Assembly: GCF_964204645.1 (NCBI RefSeq)
Contig: NC_134028.1
Location: forward strand, 16,809,653 to 16,873,652
Direction: 5' to 3'
Source: Tubulanus polymorphus
Taxonomy: Eukaryota > Animalia > Nemertea
Length of the DNA stretch: 64,000 nucleotides
The notes under the pieces were generated by a model. That model had not been told where the DNA came from, ran no database searches, and saw nothing but the letters and a program-made list of their open reading frames with translations. Position numbers and translations under genes: made by a program. Positions 63,952 to 64,000 of the stretch are shown in pieces. Positions within the stretch are counted from its first letter, which is position 1. Each line of letters begins with the position of its first letter.

Positions 63952-64000
63952 TTAAGGGGGAGTAATCACTATATGGTTACTTAACAGAAACATTCCGTTC

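Noticed and set aside
56957-64000. RBM22 terminal proline-rich exon, or termination at the TAA at 56962-56964
   Set aside because: No PPPP or HYPSQDP-like exon was found by eye. A good donor (G|GTACGT) precedes the stop, so the gene most likely continues beyond the window.

Overview
AT-rich animal (invertebrate-like) nuclear DNA, not prokaryotic. The right half holds one intact host gene: the spliceosomal factor RBM22 (Cwc2/Slt11), + strand. Seven coding exons lie between 34384 and 56956, all with GT-AG junctions that keep the frame; the proline-rich 3' exon(s) appear to lie beyond the window. Its introns are packed with MITEs and Helentron-like elements, and exons 6-7 are bracketed by a ~1.15 kb inverted repeat pair. 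The left half (1-28 kb) is a layered pile of decayed mobile DNA: a spliced Myb/SANT pseudogene, a Ty3/Gypsy gag remnant and two diverged Polinton/Maverick (adintovirus-like) remnants, one apparently inserted into the other with an AGT terminus preserved. Inside Polinton B is a five-level nest that can be reconstructed base by base: Polinton gene > Helentron-like HINE-B > second HINE-B > 31-bp palindromic satellite with a 951-bp higher-order repeat > HINE-A. No CRISPR array, rRNA or convincing tRNA was found. Family assignments come from motif recognition by eye; no database search was run.
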